Of a DNA stretch of 64,000 nucleotides, positions 62,255-64,000 are shown in pieces. Under the pieces are notes generated by a model. The model made no database searches. It saw only the letters and a program-made list of their open reading frames with translations, and was not told the DNA's origin. A program made the position numbers and the translations under genes. Each line of letters starts with the position of its first letter. Position 1 is the first letter of the stretch. Origin of the DNA: Kiritimatiellia bacterium (GTDB lineage: Bacteria; Verrucomicrobiota; Kiritimatiellia; RFP12; UBA1067); NCBI GenBank assembly GCA_017447805.1, contig JAFSMR010000046.1, positions 14,072 through 78,071 on the forward strand. Direction: 5' to 3'.

Positions 62255-63313
62255 CTAACGGCACAACTCCAAAACGAGTAGAGCGAAAGATGTGCAAAGG
62301 ACTTTATCGCCTTCCCAAAAGCGATTGTTGTCGTTTACCCAGCTGCCGTCTGGGTTTTGAAGCGAAATCACTTTTGCGGCAAGTTCCTTCTTCCATTCGT
62401 GCTCGCCTACTTTTTCAACTTTCGCGGCCGTAAGAGCGCGCGAGAGAATATCGAAATAGTAGAATAGCCCCTGGTTGCCCATTCCCGGATTTTCATCAAG
62501 CGACCAATATTTTTCGCAGTATTCCAGCGACTGGCGGACTCGCGGGTCGCCGCGATCAAGCTTCGCGTGGCACATTGAAAGCACTGCCGCGTAAGTCATC
62601 GAACCATACGCCCTCAGGGTAACTCGACCTTGCGCGTTAGTTTCTACCCCGCCTTGCGGAGTGCGCTCGTTATACGCCGCGCCTCCGGCGCTCTGGCCTT
62701 CTTGACTAATCAAATTACTTACGAATTGCAAAGCCCGATCCCAATCCACATCAACCTTTTTTGAACCAGTGCGCACTTCTTCAAGCGCGGCCGTGCGATG
62801 CATCGCGTCAAGCGCATACGATGTATTCGATAGGTCTGCGTAGCGCCGGCGAGAGATTTTGTCGTAGCCGAAGCCGCCGGCCATCGTATCGTCGCCCGTC
62901 AGCTGGCTTGAAGCGATATATTCACGCGCCTTCAGCATCGGCGCGGTCGGAGCGATGCCGCTTTCATAAAGAGAGCTTAGACAAACCGATGTATTGTAAT
63001 TCCCGAGTCCACTCCCGCCGCGACCTGGTTTCGGTATGTAAAATCCGCCATCTTCCCTCTGAGTAGAAAGAACGTATTTTACACCCTTTTCAATGGGAGA
63101 AGAAGTTATTGCCTTATCAAGCCCCGAGCCCGAAAGCGCCCAGACAGGTAGCGCCGTCAAAGCTGGCATTTGTTTATCGCTCCAATACCCTTCCAAAGAT
63201 TGATTCGCAAGAAGGAATTGCGCGCCTTTTTGTATCGCTTGTTCGAGTGCTTCATCTCCGAAAGCGGCGAGCGTCGCCACCGCCGCAAGTACCGTAGCAA
63301 AAAACCTTTTCAT
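62255..63313 (-). CDS. Exported prenyltransferase/squalene-oxidase (QW) repeat protein
   Basis: Signal peptide; QSLEGYW, QREDGGF, QNPDGSW repeats; DLSNT. Confidence 0.8.
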   Translation of the reverse strand: MKRFFATVLAAVATLAAFGDEALEQAIQKGAQFLLANQSLEGYWSDKQMPALTALPVWALSGSGLDKAITSSPIEKGVKYVLSTQREDGGFYIPKPGRGGSGLGNYNTSVCLSSLYESGIAPTAPMLKAREYIASSQLTGDDTMAGGFGYDKISRRRYADLSNTSYALDAMHRTAALEEVRTGSKKVDVDWDRALQFVSNLISQEGQSAGGAAYNERTPQGGVETNAQGRVTLRAYGSMTYAAVLSMCHAKLDRGDPRVRQSLEYCEKYWSLDENPGMGNQGLFYYFDILSRALTAAKVEKVGEHEWKKELAAKVISLQNPDGSWVNDNNRFWEGDKVLCTSFALLVLELCR

Positions 63314-64000
63314 TGTGCAGACTCTCCTACTTTTATTTCACCGATATTTACTTTATTCTTCGGCTTAGATAATCTCATTGTCAAAATCTCGCGCTTTTCA
63401 GCCGCTGTTCCCCAGTCGGTGTAGACTGTCGCCGAGACAGTCGTCGCGCCCGTAAGAGCTGTCTGGTGCGAGGCGTAGTAGTTCGCGAGAATTCTGAATA
63501 CACCAGAGCCTTCTTTACGCAAATATTCTTCAGGCCCGTAACCACTCGTTACATCTTCGCTGACGAATCCGCCCGTAGATGTGCGGCGATGGCCGTAATA
63601 AGCCTCTTCGCCATCAGGTTCGAGGACATGCAAATCGACATCCGTCTCGTCGGCATCCCACGAAAGAACGATCCTTATCTTTACCGGGAGATCGCGGCGA
63701 AAGGCCGAGTCGATTTCTGGCGAAACCGGCTTTGCGCCATCGCGCCACTCCTTGGAATCGATCCACGAAATCAACGCGTTCAACTCTTCAAGCGCGAAAA
63801 TGCAGATTTGGCGATCGTTTGAACGCACCGCGCTGCGGCGGGCCGTCGGACGGAATGCGGCAGTCTTGAGAAGATTCATTGCCTCTTCCAGCTGCTTTTT
63901 CGATTCGGCGTCCATAATCCCGCAAAGATTCTTGCCGCTCTCGGAAAGTACTAGCGCAAGATCGCGTCTGGAATGGCCCTCCTCAGGACGCAACCTGAGT
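63310..64000 (-). CDS. YfaP/DUF2135-domain protein, 5'-partial (frame open to the window edge)
   Basis: RIVLSWDADETDVDLHVLEPDGE, DVTSGYGPEEY; ATGA-coupled to the downstream gene. Confidence 0.8.
   Translation of the reverse strand, partial: LRLRPEEGHSRRDLALVLSESGKNLCGIMDAESKKQLEEAMNLLKTAAFRPTARRSAVRSNDRQICIFALEELNALISWIDSKEWRDGAKPVSPEIDSAFRRDLPVKIRIVLSWDADETDVDLHVLEPDGEEAYYGHRRTSTGGFVSEDVTSGYGPEEYLRKEGSGVFRILANYYASHQTALTGATTVSATVYTDWGTAAEKREILTMRLSKPKNKVNIGEIKVGESAQ

Overview
64 kb of a bacterial chromosome carrying about 60 genes. All but one are on the minus strand and many are joined by ATGA stop/start overlaps. Gene content (KdsB, outer-membrane beta-barrel, Rnf, PPi-PFK, QW-repeat protein) fits an anaerobic diderm; a gut/rumen PVC-group organism such as Kiritimatiellota is my inference, not something the sequence proves. 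Most of the window is housekeeping (lepA, panBC, nfo, ilvBN, pheA, ispH, mazG, pfp, ribH, kdsB, xerD, punA, pyrC, recA, apt, tsaB, prfB, obgE, trpB2, rnfABCDG, dapF, prc, dxs, a two-component pair). The accessory part is a ~9 kb defence island (36.0-45.2 kb): a fully ATGA-coupled operon hsdR-hsdM-yhcG-hsdS-[HUH/Y1 transposase-like fused to an extra C-terminal domain]-radC. It is preceded by a 34-aa relic of a different HsdR and bracketed by near-identical 31-bp promoter copies. Signals absent from the ORF track: a Phe/Tyr-rich leader-peptide attenuator before pheA; two distant 42-bp-period palindrome arrays sharing a covarying CGYCA-N6-TGRCG core, each followed by a related REP-like hairpin; three covarying TGCA-centred palindromes inside yhcG; REP-like motifs inside and flanking the HUH nuclease gene; many apparently leaderless extended -10 promoters; and an rnf operon without rnfE. 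The best candidate for an undescribed system is the operon-embedded HUH nuclease fusion plus its associated palindrome families. No rRNA, tRNA or CRISPR array was recognised.
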